DNA from: Calditrichia bacterium
Lineage (GTDB): Bacteria; Calditrichota; Calditrichia; JAJRVZ01
Direction: 5' to 3'
Length of the DNA: 25,074 bases
NCBI GenBank assembly: GCA_030634505.1
Contig: DAOWAQ010000001.1
Coordinates: 1 to 25,074 of the forward strand
Shown in pieces: positions 24,100 to 25,074 of this stretch. Position 1 is the first letter of the stretch. Each line of letters begins with the position of its first letter. Both the position numbers and the translations under genes were made by a program. The notes below the pieces were generated by a model. It was given only the letters and a program-made list of their open reading frames with translations. It made no database searches and was not told where the DNA came from.

Positions 24100-25074
24100 T
24101 GGCATACGTACTGAGATATACAGGGGAGTTAAAAGATCATTTCAATAGAACGATCCGTGTGGATATTTCCGAGGATGGATATACCGGGGATAGTACTGAA
24201 GTAAAATTAAAAGGGATATCTAAAGAATGGAATGGTTCTGATGATGATTTGTTTATAGGACGAATTGGAAGTGCTGTGGGTGTTGGTTTTTTATCTGAAA
24301 CAAACTTTCAATTTATTGATTTATATTCCTCTGATTCGCGTAAATTTAAAATGCAAATATATATCAATTCTGTATTGGATTGGCGAGGATGGATAATACC
24401 GGATTTATTTACAGAAAAGTATGATGCACCACCATATAAGACAATAATATCCGCAAGAGATGGATTAGCCGAGTTGGATTCTATATCATTTGAACTTACC
24501 GGAATGCAAAATCAAGTTGTAATATTACAGGAAATATTTGGTAAAATAGGAGATCCAACTGTTCATCTAGGCATTAATGTATTCGAAGAAAATCATTCAA
24601 CATCAAACTCCCCATTACTTCAAACTTATGTGGATTGCGAGCGATACGAAGGTATGAGTTGCGGAGAAGTATTGGAAGATTTGATGGATGGATACAATGC
24701 AAGGGTTTATCAACAGGCCGGGGATTGGTGGTTTATGCGTGTGCCTGAATTCGAGGAGGGAGTTGATTGGATTAAATATAATATATTTGGTTCACCTACA
24801 TCCGATACAAAAAATACTGAATTATTAATAGGAAGACCAAAAGAAGATAAATTTGCGCGTGTAGATCAGCAATTAAATTTTCTTCCAGCATGGAAATCAC
24901 AAAACATAAATATCGATCTTGGACTAAAAGAATCGTTTATAAAAAACTGGGGATTTGATGACTGGACTAAAACCGGATATGTAACAAGAAGAAATCCAAT
25001 TTATGAACCAGATTACTGGGATGGTACTGCAAGTGTAAGAAGGTCTGTTGGTGATGATTTATATATGTTTTTTA
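24099..25074 (+). CDS. Baseplate hub / tail-tip protein, 3'-truncated by the window end (not in the ORF track)
   Basis: ATG overlaps the tape-measure stop; the frame is open to the end: MAYVLRYTGELKD...WRGWIIPDLFTEKYDAPPY...ARDGLAEL. Confidence 0.75.
   Translation, partial: MAYVLRYTGELKDHFNRTIRVDISEDGYTGDSTEVKLKGISKEWNGSDDDLFIGRIGSAVGVGFLSETNFQFIDLYSSDSRKFKMQIYINSVLDWRGWIIPDLFTEKYDAPPYKTIISARDGLAELDSISFELTGMQNQVVILQEIFGKIGDPTVHLGINVFEENHSTSNSPLLQTYVDCERYEGMSCGEVLEDLMDGYNARVYQQAGDWWFMRVPEFEEGVDWIKYNIFGSPTSDTKNTELLIGRPKEDKFARVDQQLNFLPAWKSQNINIDLGLKESFIKNWGFDDWTKTGYVTRRNPIYEPDYWDGTASVRRSVGDDLYMFF

Noticed and set aside
1-25074. Stop-codon reassignment
   Set aside because: Large essential genes are intact in code 11, and TAG, TGA and TAA all occur at sensible gene ends.

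Overview
AT-rich segment of a tailed dsDNA phage or prophage (siphovirus-type, HK97-fold head), almost all on the + strand, genetic code 11. The host is probably Bacteroidota: most starts are SD-poor with A at -3, two signal peptides end in A|Q, and one TTTG-N20-TAnnTTTG promoter is present. Gene order: C-terminal part of a DnaB helicase; accessory block (pentapeptide-repeat protein, FkbM methyltransferase, small and membrane ORFs, GIY-YIG endonuclease, two radical SAM enzymes); a two-gene fibre-like module with 24-aa repeats; an attC-like cassette; terS, terL, portal; four inserted ORFs; gp7-like head protein; tRNA-Ile and tRNA-Met; an antisense unit; protease and major capsid; neck genes; two paralogous tail-tube genes; chaperone with -1 frameshift; tape measure; truncated baseplate gene. 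No integrase or lysis genes were recognised. The strongest unexplained signals are: (1) an integron-attC-like hairpin plus a cassette bounded by a 13-bp inverted repeat, with no integrase in view; (2) an antisense promoter, structured RNA and small ORF inside the head module; (3) a tRNA pair flanked by a 14-bp direct repeat and cleanly excisable; (4) a homing endonuclease sharing a synonymously recoded N-terminus with the gene next to it; (5) duplicated tail-tube genes with identical tracts; (6) a 42-nt tRNA-like minihelix; (7) a signal-peptide protein in the capsid-decoration position. All alignments and folds were done by eye; no searches were run.
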